The notes beneath the pieces are model-generated. The model saw nothing but the letters and a program-made list of their open reading frames with translations, was not told the origin of the DNA and searched no databases. DNA of 64,000 nt from contig CM126202.1 of NCBI GenBank assembly GCA_052327205.1, positions 179,366,001-179,430,000 on the forward strand, in the 5' to 3' direction. This DNA is from Somniosus microcephalus (lineage: Eukaryota). A program made the position numbers and the translations under genes. Positions 49,156-60,047 of the stretch are shown piece by piece. The stretch's first letter is position 1. Every line of letters starts with the position of its first letter.

Positions 49156-49292
49156 GGCTGGGAATTTCCTCGGAGCTGCTCCTGCTCAATCACTGTAACT
49201 TCACCAGGAAGTGTGTCAGTAACAGGGTTTCTGCCGCACTTCCGTCGAAGTTACGGCAGCCGAGTGGAAGCGGCTGTGAGGAAATTCTGGGC
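49156..49292. mobile_element. Small MITE
   Basis: GGCTGGGAATTTCCTC / GAGGAAATTCTGGGC. Confidence 0.6.
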
Positions 49293-49323
49293 GTATTAAT
49301 TGTGTTTGCCTTTTGTATTGCAG

Positions 49324-49490
49324 GTTTATCACGAGTGTTCTTGTATCCAGAATGTTTCTGAAGCTAATGTTGCACATGAAGGAAAATGTAGTTCTACGTG
49401 TGGCAACATGCCCATATTTATGGGAATTTTTTTGCTTTCTGTCATTTTAACATTCATGACTAGCACACCAATCACAACAGCTGTTCTCAG
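49324..49490 (+). CDS. SLCO4C1: SLCO4C1-like exon (167 bp)
   Basis: tgcag|VYHECSCIQN..EGKCSSTCGNMPIFMGIFLLSVILTFMTSTPITTAVLR|gtatt. Confidence 0.93.
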
Positions 49491-50249
49491 GTATTCAGTA
49501 CCCACATAACAGCCATTGCATTTTGAAGCTAATTCTTTCTGTAAAGTGCTTCAAGATATGTCAATATGATAAGGTGTATCATAAGTGCAAATACGTTTTA
49601 TATATTTATTTTTTACCCAATCTGAATTGAACACAGTATACTTGGTATTGACCAGTCCTACAGGACCAGTATTGTACATTGCTCTTACAAGGTGCAGCAC
49701 AACATAAAAGCACATTTTAAAAATAACTCATACCTTGATACTTTCCATGAACACATCCACCCAGCATATGGTGCCTTTTAAACTCCATCCGTAAGGTGAG
49801 AGGTGAGCTTTCTGTCTGCCTTTCATTGAGCCCTTGGGCTTGGTTGCCCAACTGCACATTCTCCAAACCTCTCCATTTGTACTATCCATGCTTCCCTCGG
49901 CTGTGAAACCCCAAGGGTTATTTCACGCCCTGCTTGATGCCGCCACACTTGCCTGTGCTGTACTCAAAACTGACCCAGCAAGCTCTCCATCTGCAATCAC
50001 CTTTGTCCTCTGAATTTTCTACATTGTGGGAAGCCCTAAAACTTGTGCAACTCGATGGCAACTTCTGTAGCTGCTTGCACTAGACCATTGAGATGGATCC
50101 AACATTGTGTCACCCAGACTTCCTCTTCCCTGATCTACTTGCCTATAACTAAAACACCAAATGACATGATGGAACCATTTCTGTGACCCCTGTGTAACCA
50201 AAATATTCCAACCCAACTCTTGGCGCAGGTACTTCTGCGACCATTCACT

Positions 50250-50462
50250 GCCACCTGACTTGGAAATATATCGCCGTTCCTTCATAATTGCCAGGTCAAA
50301 ATCCTGGAACTCCTTCCCTAACACCACTGTGGGAGTACCTCCACCAGAAGGACTGCAGCGGTTCAAGGAGGCGGCTTACTGCCACCTTCTCAAGGGTAAT
50401 TAGGGATGGGCAATAAATGCTGGCCTTGCCAGCGACATCCCGTGAACAAAAAATAAAATAAA
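50250..50462 (+). mobile_element. LINE 3' tail fragment (CR1/L2 group)
   Basis: AATTAGGGATGGGCAATAAATGCTGGCCTTGCCAGCGAC followed by an A-rich end. Confidence 0.65.
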
Positions 50463-50754
50463 ATTGCCCTTCACGTAATGGTAGTCCTTCAACTGGCTGC
50501 CATGTACTATTATAAATAAGTAGCTCTGCATTTGCTGTGACTGGGTGAAGGTAAGGAGTTAATCTGTCTACAGCAGCAGTCCCCACATAACTAGCTGTCT
50601 CATGCCTTCCAAGCTCATGCCACTTTCCAGTTTGCATCACAGAATTTCTGAGAGAGCAGCATTGGTTTGCCTTGTGACCTGCCTCCGGACATTTAAAACA
50701 CCTGAGCTCATTGCATTCAGTCCTCTGGCTTCTGCTTGTCCATTCCTTCTAGCT

Positions 50755-51172
50755 TCGGCAGGAGGCTCGCGGGGCGCTAACTAAAGGGGAGGTGACGGGC
50801 AGGGGAAAAAAAAATCGGCCAACTTACTTGTTGCAACCCGTTGCATCTTTGAACGCGGGGTTCGTGCCGCGATCTGGCAGTTCGGCACTCCTCTTGAGTG
50901 CCGGGCTGCTGGCACCGCTCCCCACTCCCCGCTCCCCGGTGGTCCAGGTAGGGCCCCTCTGAGTTGTGGATGTGCCCCTCCCCTTTAAATGAGGGGGAAG
51001 AGCCTTTCCATGCGGCAGCGCTACGTGGCCCAGTGCGTAGTGCTGCAGAACGCACCGCCCCGATATTAAATTAGCGCTCCACTTCCCTCTTGGGGTGCTA
51101 AAACTGAAGTTCGCGATCGCCGGCACTATTTCACACCGGACTCAAAATGGTCGCTAATGAATTTCCCCCCCC
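50755..51172. mobile_element. Partial GC-rich MITE related to family A, reverse orientation
   Basis: CGGCACTCCTCTTGAGTGCCGGG hairpin; ends GAATTTCCCCCC; shares CCCTCTTGGGGTGCTA with 21749-21900. Confidence 0.6.
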
Positions 51173-51842
51173 CCTTTTTTAAATTCTGGCTGCTTTTGGT
51201 CAAAATTGACACCCTTCCCCGACACCCCCAATACACACTAGCCAACCCTGCTGCTCATTGAATTTAACTTCTTTAAAACAAGCTTTAATATAAAAGCACA
51301 TTTAAAATAACTCCTACTTGGATCCTTTTTGTGGAAAAATGGTCAAAATATCCAGAAATGTATACAAATTTCTTGGGGCATGGTTTCAGACATCAAGTTT
51401 GGCTCTTTAAATTATGGAAGATTTTTGAACTTTAAAAGTCAATTTTGAAGTTTATTGAAATACTTTCTGCAAAACAATATTTGCTGTTGGAATATTTTAG
51501 CGACACAAGTTGTTTTCATACTGACATTTTGCTTTTGAGATTTGAATGGGATGAATATCTCTACTCTGTAAAGATGTAACTGTTTGAGGCAGTTTCTAAT
51601 GGGAGTGACTTCATAACTCAGGTTACACAATTTATAAAACAACACAAATATATAGCGCCTTTACTGTAAGAAAAAGACCAAGGTGCTTTTTGGTTTAACT
51701 GCATCTTCATGTTCCCCTTGATCTTTGGCCTAGGACACTGGATTTCTAAATTAAATAAATGAGATGTGCAAAAAACTGAATCTATGGCCAGGAATTTCCT
51801 CAATGCTGCACCCACTCCACAGTCATAACTTCGGCGTAAGTG

Positions 51843-52085
51843 CACCACAGATCACTGGTATGGTTTTAGCCACACCACAGATCACTGATATGGTTTTAGC
51901 CACACCACAGATCACTGATATGGTTTTAGCCACACCACAGATCACTGGTATGGTTTTAGCCACACCACAGATCACTGGCATGGTTTTAGCCACACCACAG
52001 ATCACTGGTATGGTTTTAGCCACACCACAGATCACTGGTATGGTTTTAGCCACACCACAGATCACTGGTATGGTTTTAGCCACAC
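51843..52085 (+). repeat. 30-bp tandem repeat x8 inside a small MITE (51786-52111)
   Basis: Unit CACACCACAGATCACTGGTATGGTTTTAGC; left end GGCCAGGAATTTCCTC. Confidence 0.92.
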
Positions 52086-52365
52086 AATTCCCCATGCAGT
52101 AAGTTCCTAATCTCAGCTAAACTGTTCTAAAAGGAAGATAAGATGATGAGTCAACCCATGCTTTCATGTTCTTCCTGTCAGTCAGGGAAAGGTTGCCTAC
52201 CTACCTACTGGGCTGGGGAATAGTGCTTGGCATGGAGTGGTCTATATGGAGGGAGGAAATGGGTGGCAATAATTACTTTTTTGACAAATCTTAGTTTATG
52301 TTTTCCTTTTTTTATTCAGTTTGCCTAAAAATCAACTAGAATTACCTTTTTTTATTTGCTTACAG

Positions 52366-52430
52366 GTGTGTCCCTGATAACCAACGCTCATTTTCATTGG
52401 GTATTCAATGGGTCTTTGTGCGGCTCCTAG
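52366..52430 (+). CDS. SLCO4C1: SLCO4C1-like exon (65 bp)
   Basis: tacag|(R)CVPDNQRSFSLGIQWVFVRLL|gtgag. Confidence 0.93.
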
Positions 52431-52584
52431 GTGAGAAGCTACCATGATACCATTGGTATTTGAAATGAACCCAGAGAATAAAACAAATACTGTCTTAAAA
52501 TCTCATTTGCAAATGGAGGAATATCACACAGGTCCACGTGTAGTAAGACATTCATGAAGTGAGTGGAACTATCTGCATAACACT

Positions 52585-53379
52585 ATGCTGGATTTTATCA
52601 ATGGAGGCGGGACTCCCACTTTTTGGCTTGTAGTCCCGCCTCCATCGACTTGTGGCCAACCCACGGGCTCAGCAGGCCAATCAAGGGACACCTGGTTACT
52701 GGTGACGTCAGTGATTGAGATTTCATCTGTCAAGAGCTTTTGACAGATGAAAAATCAGCGTTTGACAGCTCTGTGAAGCTGTCAAACACTGACAATCTGT
52801 CTTCTAACTTGAGTCTTTCTACTCAGACTCAGTTAGAGATCTCTCCAGACCAGAAAGCAGAATGCTGCAGCTTTTGACATTTCAGCAGCCATTCTGCTTT
52901 CTGTGCCAGTGAACTGAGGGACTCCCGAGACCTGAAGGAAGGAAGCCTGCAGGAGAAAGTAAAGATAAGTAAAACTTATTAAAACACTTTACACTTACCT
53001 CACACACTTACCTCTGCACACATGCACCCATCACTCACCTGCACAATGGACATCTCGACCCCTCCAGCTCCTGCAGACCCACGGCCCGCCTCGCTAACTT
53101 GGCGTGGTTCGGAGCTGTTGGGAAGCCCATACTTCAGGGCTAAAAATATGGATTGGGCAAAAAACTTCCTGTTAACTACCTGTTAACAGGCAGTTAATTG
53201 GCACTAATCTCCTTCCCGCCTCGGGGAGGTGGCCCCCAGCACAGGTCAGATACCCACCTCCTGGGACATTGGCACAGAGGCGGGTTGGGGGTGGGATGGG
53301 TTCGTGCCCCTCGATTTTGCAATTTTCCCACCACTCCCACCTCCAAATCCGCCTCCACGGGGCTTGGAAATTCGAGCCC
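52585..53379. mobile_element. MITE family B, copy 2
   Basis: Collinear with 10323-11142; ends AAATTCGAGCCC. Confidence 0.85.
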
Positions 53380-54755
53380 AATGGCTCCAAATTTCCTTGA
53401 ATTTCTGTTGGACTAAGGCTGTAATTCCAGTAGGAATCCATGGAACTCACCATAAAGCGGCAGGGACTCAGTTTCGGGCTGACCCTTACAAGGCCAGTGA
53501 TATCAGGGAATGGAGCTGGGGTGGACTCCCTTTGTCATAACTTGCCATATCCCAAGCTCAATTGGGACCTGGTATAGGACTGGAAAATCAATACGCTAAG
53601 AGAGATGAGGCATACTGACCTCCAGATGGGCACAACTGGACCAGACCAGAGAAACAGCCTGAACTCCTTAACACCGACAATTGGTCTTTTAAAAAAATCT
53701 GCACTGCTCCTCTTCCACAGGCGGCTGAAGGAATGCTCACTGGGTCTAGGTGGGGCCTGGGCAATGCCACTCCAGTGATGGACAGGTGCCAGAGATGCGC
53801 CTGTAGTGGCATGGGCACCTGCTAGCCCCATGCAAATTTGGTGCCTTCCTGCTGATCACACAAGCTCTGGCAGCATTGAAGGGCACTGATGGGTGAGAGT
53901 CTAGTGGAACCACTGGGATGGTGGCCCGTTGATTTTCTGGGCCAATTTGTACAAATGTCATTCTGTTTATACGATAGATAAATGTTAGGCAGGGAGCAAA
54001 TTGGTGCTGTTTTGTGTAAACATGTTCCAGTTGCTCTTGACTTTAGAATGACGTTCTGTGCAGACATACAAGATTCAATTCTCCTCTTCTGGCAATAAGG
54101 ACCCTGCATGGAATGCATTTGGCAGTCTTAACTCAGTTCAAAGTGGGTATGAACAAAACTGGCCACAGTTCAGTTCAAATTGGTAATCGTACTTGGGCCA
54201 TGAGAATAGCTGGCATTGGAAATGGGAAAATATCACACAGATGGAGATGGCAGAGCTGTTCTGAGGCTGAGCTTCATTGTTGGGACAGAAGAGAAAGATT
54301 TATTCTGTCTGAGAGTGCTTAATGCTGAAACTGGATGACAAAAGTGGAAGAGTGTTCCATTCTCCAGAAGTGATCTCCTCACCTTGGCGAGCAGAAAGAA
54401 GTTTTTGAAAAAATATTACAGATCATTGATCTAAAGCAAAAACATTCATTTAGTTCTTCGACTGCCAGCAGGTGTGGGAGAAATCCAGGCTACCTCGCTA
54501 GCCACTTTAAAAAAAATGTTCAACTTATACACTGTGACACTGAAACAAACACTGAAATTACAGCAATGAAGATGCTCAGATGTTAAGAGTAGCGTTGTAT
54601 AATAGTAATTCTATACTGTTAAAATAAACCTTTAAAAACAATTTTAAATAAAAATTTAAAAGAATTAATTTGCTGCCTTTCCCCATTCTCTTTCCCATTT
54701 TTCTTTTACTTCTATTTTCATTCGTTTAACTTCACTTTTACTTGTTATATTTAAT

Positions 54756-55517
54756 GGCCCAGAACTTGGTGTCGGGGGCTTGCCGCGCGTGCAAGCCCCC
54801 GATGTGCACTTACCCGGCGCGCCAACATCTGAAACCTGGCCCGCAGTGGATTTCCTGTCAGTGGCCCGGTTCTGATGTCGGCGCGCTGTGCTAGCCTGAC
54901 CCAGCGGCGTAGTTAGTGCGATGTGCCGGCTGGGATCAGGTGAGCACTGTTCAGCCAATCAGGGGAGGGGAAACTTCATTCATAAGTTTGAGAGTAAGAA
55001 CTGTCAAACTCATGAAAAGTACTGCACCCCAAAACAGTACTTAAACTTTAAATAAAATTTAAAAAAAACATCCCAATCATTAAATTAAGTATAAATAAGT
55101 TAAAAAAAATAATTTTAACAATTTTTTTTGTTGAAAAAAATAAATTTTTAATAAAAAGGGTCTAAAACTAAACTTACCTTATTGTAGATTCTTTAAAATA
55201 ATAAACCTGTGGAAAAAAAATTCTAAATTGCACTAAAACACCACTTACCTGTAAAAATAAATACTTACGTGTGCTTTTTACAAGTGTAAAGACCGGAGGC
55301 CTTTACACATGCGCAAATCCCCCAAAACACAGGAAATCCAAGACGCACGCGCTGCCCCCTACAGCGCACGCGCTAGCCTCTTCAACTCTTGGGTTAGAGG
55401 AGAGGAAATGCCGGTTTTCAGCGCATGCGCTGTGCATGCTGAAAACCGGCATTTCCTCCGGCCAGACGCGTGAGTACCCCTTCCGTACTCACGCGTTTGG
55501 GGAGGAATTACTGCCCC
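54756..55517. mobile_element. Harbinger-type MITE with internal hairpins
   Basis: GGCCCAGAACTT / AATTACTGCCCC; AAT duplication; AT-rich core. Confidence 0.7.
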
Positions 55518-55946
55518 AATGTAATCTATCTGTTCTAATGCTTTCCCGCTAAAATAATTTTTAAAACTTTTACTTCGTGCAATTCTTTTTCCTCCTGTCT
55601 GTTGCCCACTGTTTAATTTGGAATGGGAGCAAAATCCAGATAAATTGTTTAATGACTGAATTCTAGCTTAAAAGGATTATTTGAATCAAATGCCAAAAAA
55701 ATACATTGTCACAGAAATAAGTTGTTCATGGCACAAACTTAAAAAAAAATCATGATATAGAGTACACAATAATGTTGCCACTGTATAGCATGATAGTTTG
55801 AAAATGTCAAAGACAATAGAAAATGGTATTATACATTAAATAGTACACCCAGTGCTGAAAGAGTAACTATATGCAAAACAGCAACATTGCAGTCAGAGCA
55901 ATAAGCGCATATGTTCAACAGAGATTAAAAATATAGATAGCTACCC

Positions 55947-56070
55947 CAATGGCTGCGCAGCCGGCTCATCGACTTTTAAATGGAAATAATGCATGCGTGG
56001 AATTTTGAATGGGCCACGCAGCCCGTTAAAGGGGCCATGCAGCCCCAAAAAATAATTAGAGGGAACATTG
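55947..56070. mobile_element. Mini hAT-like element
   Basis: Flanked by AGCTACCC (8 bp); ends CAATG.. / ..TTAGAGGGAACATTG. Confidence 0.5.
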
Positions 56071-56421
56071 AGCTACCCCAATGGCTTAGTTGGTTAAAGC
56101 AGTGAGTAGTTGAGCTGTACTGATTAGAAAGATCCAAGGTTTGATATCTGGCCTATGATGTACTATGTGATACTAGCAGGGTGGTTGTAGGTTTGCTGTA
56201 AAAGACTTTAGTGCCCTGGGTTAGAAAGCGGATGGGAGTCCACATTTGTGGACATCAGATGAGGACAGAATAGGGCTCAATTGTTTGGACAACATCTATA
56301 GAAAGAGCAGAGGAATTGTTACCATCTGAACAGATTGTTTTTGTTTTCATACATACGTTTCACCAAAACTTGACAACACTCCTATTACTGTTGTTTTACC
56401 TTTTCCTTTATTGACTTACAG

Positions 56422-56559
56422 GCACTATTCCAGGACCAATTCTCTTTGGTACAGTGATTGATCTTTCTTGTGTCCTTTGGAATGAAGACGATTGTGGCCA
56501 TCAAGGTGCATGCTGGATGTATGACAACCCAAAAATGGCTTACCTGCTTACAGCCATTG
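56422..56559 (+). CDS. SLCO4C1: SLCO4C1-like exon (138 bp)
   Basis: tacag|[46 protein letters not shown]|gtaag. Confidence 0.95.
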
Positions 56560-57120
56560 GTAAGTGTTCCATTCAGTTTTTATTAAGAAGGATATGAACA
56601 GATGTAAATGAATTCTAAACTTGAATATGTAGACAAATTCCTTAATCGCTCATTGAGTTAAAACACTGTGAGATACGGTATTGAGCCATACATATTAGGA
56701 AGCACCCAAGCTAATTTCAATCACAGGAGCAGTAGGGATTGCTACAGTTGGACTTGGAGAGATGTTCAAACCAGTGTACACTGGGTTATGGAAGAAAAAT
56801 CAGCCTGATTGCCATCCTGCCATCCAGGAGCTCATGGTGAAAAGTGTATTGTGTGCAGCAGATGAGGACAGGACGGGCTTGCCTTTCAATGTTTACTTTC
56901 AAGGGTCATACTTCGAGAATGGTAACATCACTGAGATACTGGGTAACTGATAGTATCTGGGAAATTGTACCAGCATTACTCATTGCCTTTCGGAAAGTAA
57001 AGGGAGATAAGCTGGGAAAGGTGTTAAAAAAAAACCAATTTATTATGTCGAAGTTTTGCTACTCTTACTCTTGCAGATTGGCTATTTGGTGGTTTAAAGA
57101 TTCCTTCACCTCTGGAACAT

Positions 57121-58604
57121 GGGGGGGAAAATTTGTGGCTGCCACGAGAGTTGTGGGTGTCACCAGCAACTCGGGTTAACGGCCGCTGAAAATGGATGAA
57201 GCGCTACCAGGGAAAAATTCGCACTGGGGGCTAAAGATTTTTAGCTCAGCACTAACTTACTGTGTAACGCCCTTCTGGTGGTGTTACTGCAGGCATCCGA
57301 GTCGAAATTCCTGTCCTGAAGTGGCATTCCAGCTTCTAACAGCCTCTGGAAACGAGACTATGGAGTTTGCTGGGATAAGTGGGAAATCAAAAGGGCAATG
57401 CATTAAAAGAGCAATGCCTTCTGAACTAATGAAGTGAAAAAATGCAGTTTCCAGCCCTTACTGCCTTTAAAATAAAACATTAAAAAGAATTCCCAAATGG
57501 CAATCTTCAGCATTTAAAGCTGACTTCCCTTCCGAACCTCAAAAAATGAGAAAAGTGCTTCAGCATGAAAACAAATGGCTCAGCAAGCCAGGGAAGGGGC
57601 ACCCAGGGTCTCACACGCAGCACCCCAGCTTTGTGCAGGGGGGTCAACACTCCAAGAGAGGTCCTCTACCCACAGGGGCCAGGAGGCCCTCCAGAAAGAA
57701 TGATGTGGGACCACATCACCGAGGCCGTCACTGCCAGCAATGTCACCCCCACCACCTGGCTCCAGTGCCCAAAGAAGCTTCATGACCTCAGACCACTGGT
57801 CAAGCTCAGTGAATGCATCTTCAAAAGCCGTCTCCTACCAACTGCACCACTAGCCTCACACACTGCTCAATGCACGACCCCTCTCCCTCCCCACTTGCAC
57901 AATCACTCACCTATCAACAATTTGTACCAATCACGAGGCACATCTCCCATTCCTAGCTTCACCTCACCCCCTTGGAGGAGACAGTGCAGGCCATTCTTGG
58001 CAGGGGCATGGCTGAGCCCTTGGCCAGCGGCGGGGCTGAAAGGAGACAAGATGCTGGTATTCTCATTGGTTATCCTCCTTCTGGCATGCAGCTCTTGCTT
58101 TTCCCCCCTCCCCTCACCAGAACTTCACCCTTGTGCCTCCCTCATTTCACACACCCAAGAAAAGCAGCCTGCCCAGCCAGTGGTTGGCCAAGAAGGGGGA
58201 GAGGAGAGAGAAGAAGAAGAAGAAGAAGAAGAAACACCATCACTTGATTTGTCACTACCAGCCACCAACTCCTTAAGGTCAACCAGCAAAGCCATTTGCA
58301 GTGTCCCCCACTGAAAGTCAGCAGCCTTCCACCAGCCATTCTGCAGCCACTGGGGAAGCACTCTGTGGCATCGGTAGGATAGGCAGTCACTAAGAGCATG
58401 CATAAGGGTGATGAGTTAATTTCTTGATGCCACATTGGATAGATAGATGTATAAAGTTGGATTGGAAAATTTGCTTTGTGGTGACTTTTATTTCAGCACT
58501 GTGGCCAAGAGGACGCTGTGATGGTCAATAGTAGAGGGAAGGTAAGGTGTGGGACTAATGTTGAAAGGGGAATTGGGGTTGTGATCACTGGGACCGCAGG
58601 CGGA
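57121..58604. mobile_element. Decayed Harbinger remnant with Myb-like gene on +
   Basis: MWDHITEAVTASNVTPTTWLQCPKKLHDL; CAGCCTTCCACCAGC..ACTGGGG tail shared with 5372-5410. Confidence 0.72.
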
Positions 58605-58829
58605 TAAGAACATAAGAAATAGGAGCAGGAGTAGGCCAATCGGCCCCTCGAGCCTGCTCCGCCATTCAATAAGATCATGGCTGATCTGATCCTAACCGCC
58701 AATCTACTATCACAGAACCATCTCCTGAATCTAACAGAATTAGACACACGAAATAGGAGCAGGATCAGGCTACACAGCCCCTGGGCCCGCTCCGCTACCC
58801 ACAGGGCCATGACCGATCCGAACCTAGAC

Positions 58830-59963
58830 TCATGTCCAAATTCCTGCCCGCTCCCCGTAACCCTTAATTCCCTTTACTTCTAGGAAACTGTCTATTTCTG
58901 TTTTAAATTTATGTAATGATGTAGCTTCTACAGCTTTTTGGGGCAGCATATTCCATGGACCTACCACCCTCTGAGTGAAGTAGTTCCTCCTCATCTCAGT
59001 TTTGAAAGAGCAGCCCCTTATTCTAAGACTATGCCCCCTAGTTCTAGTTTCACCCATCATCGGGAACATCCTCCCCGCATCCACCCGATCCAACCCCTTC
59101 ACAATCTTATATGTTTCAATAAGATCGCCTCTCATTCTTCTGAACTCCAATGAGTAGAGTCCCAATCTACTCAACCTCTCCTCATATATCCATCCCCTCA
59201 TCCCCGGGATTAACCGAGTGAACCTTCTTTGTACTGACTTGAGAGCAAGTATGTCTTTTCTTAAGTATGGACACCAAAACTGTACGCAGTATTCCAGGTG
59301 CGGTCTCACCAATACCTTGTACAACTGAAGCAATACCTCCCTATTTTTATATTCTATCCCCCTAGCAATGAAAGCCAACATTCCATTGGCCTTCTTAATC
59401 ACTTGCTGCACCTGCATACTAACCTTTTGAGTTTCGTGCACCAGGACCCCCAGATCCCTTTGTACTTCAGTACTTTCCAGTTTCTTGCCATTAAGATAAT
59501 AACTTGCTCTACGATTTTTCCTGCCAAAGTGCATAACCTCACGCTTTCCAGTATTGTATTCCATCTGCCAAATCTCTGCCCACTTACTTAGCCTGTCTAT
59601 GTCCCCTTGCAGGTTTTTTATGTCCTCCTCACTCACTACTTTCCCTCCCATCTTAGTATCATCTGCAAACTTTGATATGTTACACTCGGTCCCCTCCTCC
59701 AAATCGTTAATATAGATTGTAAAGAGTTGGGGACCCAGCACTGACCCCTGCGGAACACCACTAGTTACTGATTGCCAGTCTGAGAATGAACCATTTATCC
59801 CAACTCTCTGCCTTCTGTTAGATAGCCAATCCTCTATCCATGCCAGAATATTACTCCCAATCCCGTGATTTTTTATCTTAAGCAATAATCTTTTGTGTGG
59901 CACCTTGTCAAATGCCTTTTGGAAGTCTAAATACACTACGTCCACTGGTTCCCCTTTATCCAC
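58830..59963 (-). CDS. CR1 ORF2 reverse transcriptase, C-terminal fragment
   Basis: YLDFQKAFDKV, SGVPQGSVLGP, FADDTK. Confidence 0.9.
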   Translation of the reverse strand: MDKGEPVDVVYLDFQKAFDKVPHKRLLLKIKNHGIGSNILAWIEDWLSNRRQRVGINGSFSDWQSVTSGVPQGSVLGPQLFTIYINDLEEGTECNISKFADDTKMGGKVVSEEDIKNLQGDIDRLSKWAEIWQMEYNTGKREVMHFGRKNRRASYYLNGKKLESTEVQRDLGVLVHETQKVSMQVQQVIKKANGMLAFIARGIEYKNREVLLQLYKVLVRPHLEYCVQFWCPYLRKDILALKSVQRRFTRLIPGMRGWIYEERLSRLGLYSLEFRRMRGDLIETYKIVKGLDRVDAGRMFPMMGETRTRGHSLRIRGCSFKTEMRRNYFTQRVVGPWNMLPQKAVEATSLHKFKTEIDSFLEVKGIKGYGERAGIWT

Positions 59964-60047
59964 CCTATATGTTGCTTACTCAAAGAACTCCAGCAAATTT
60001 GTCAAACATGACTTCCCCTTCATAAAACCATGCTGACTTTGTCTTAT

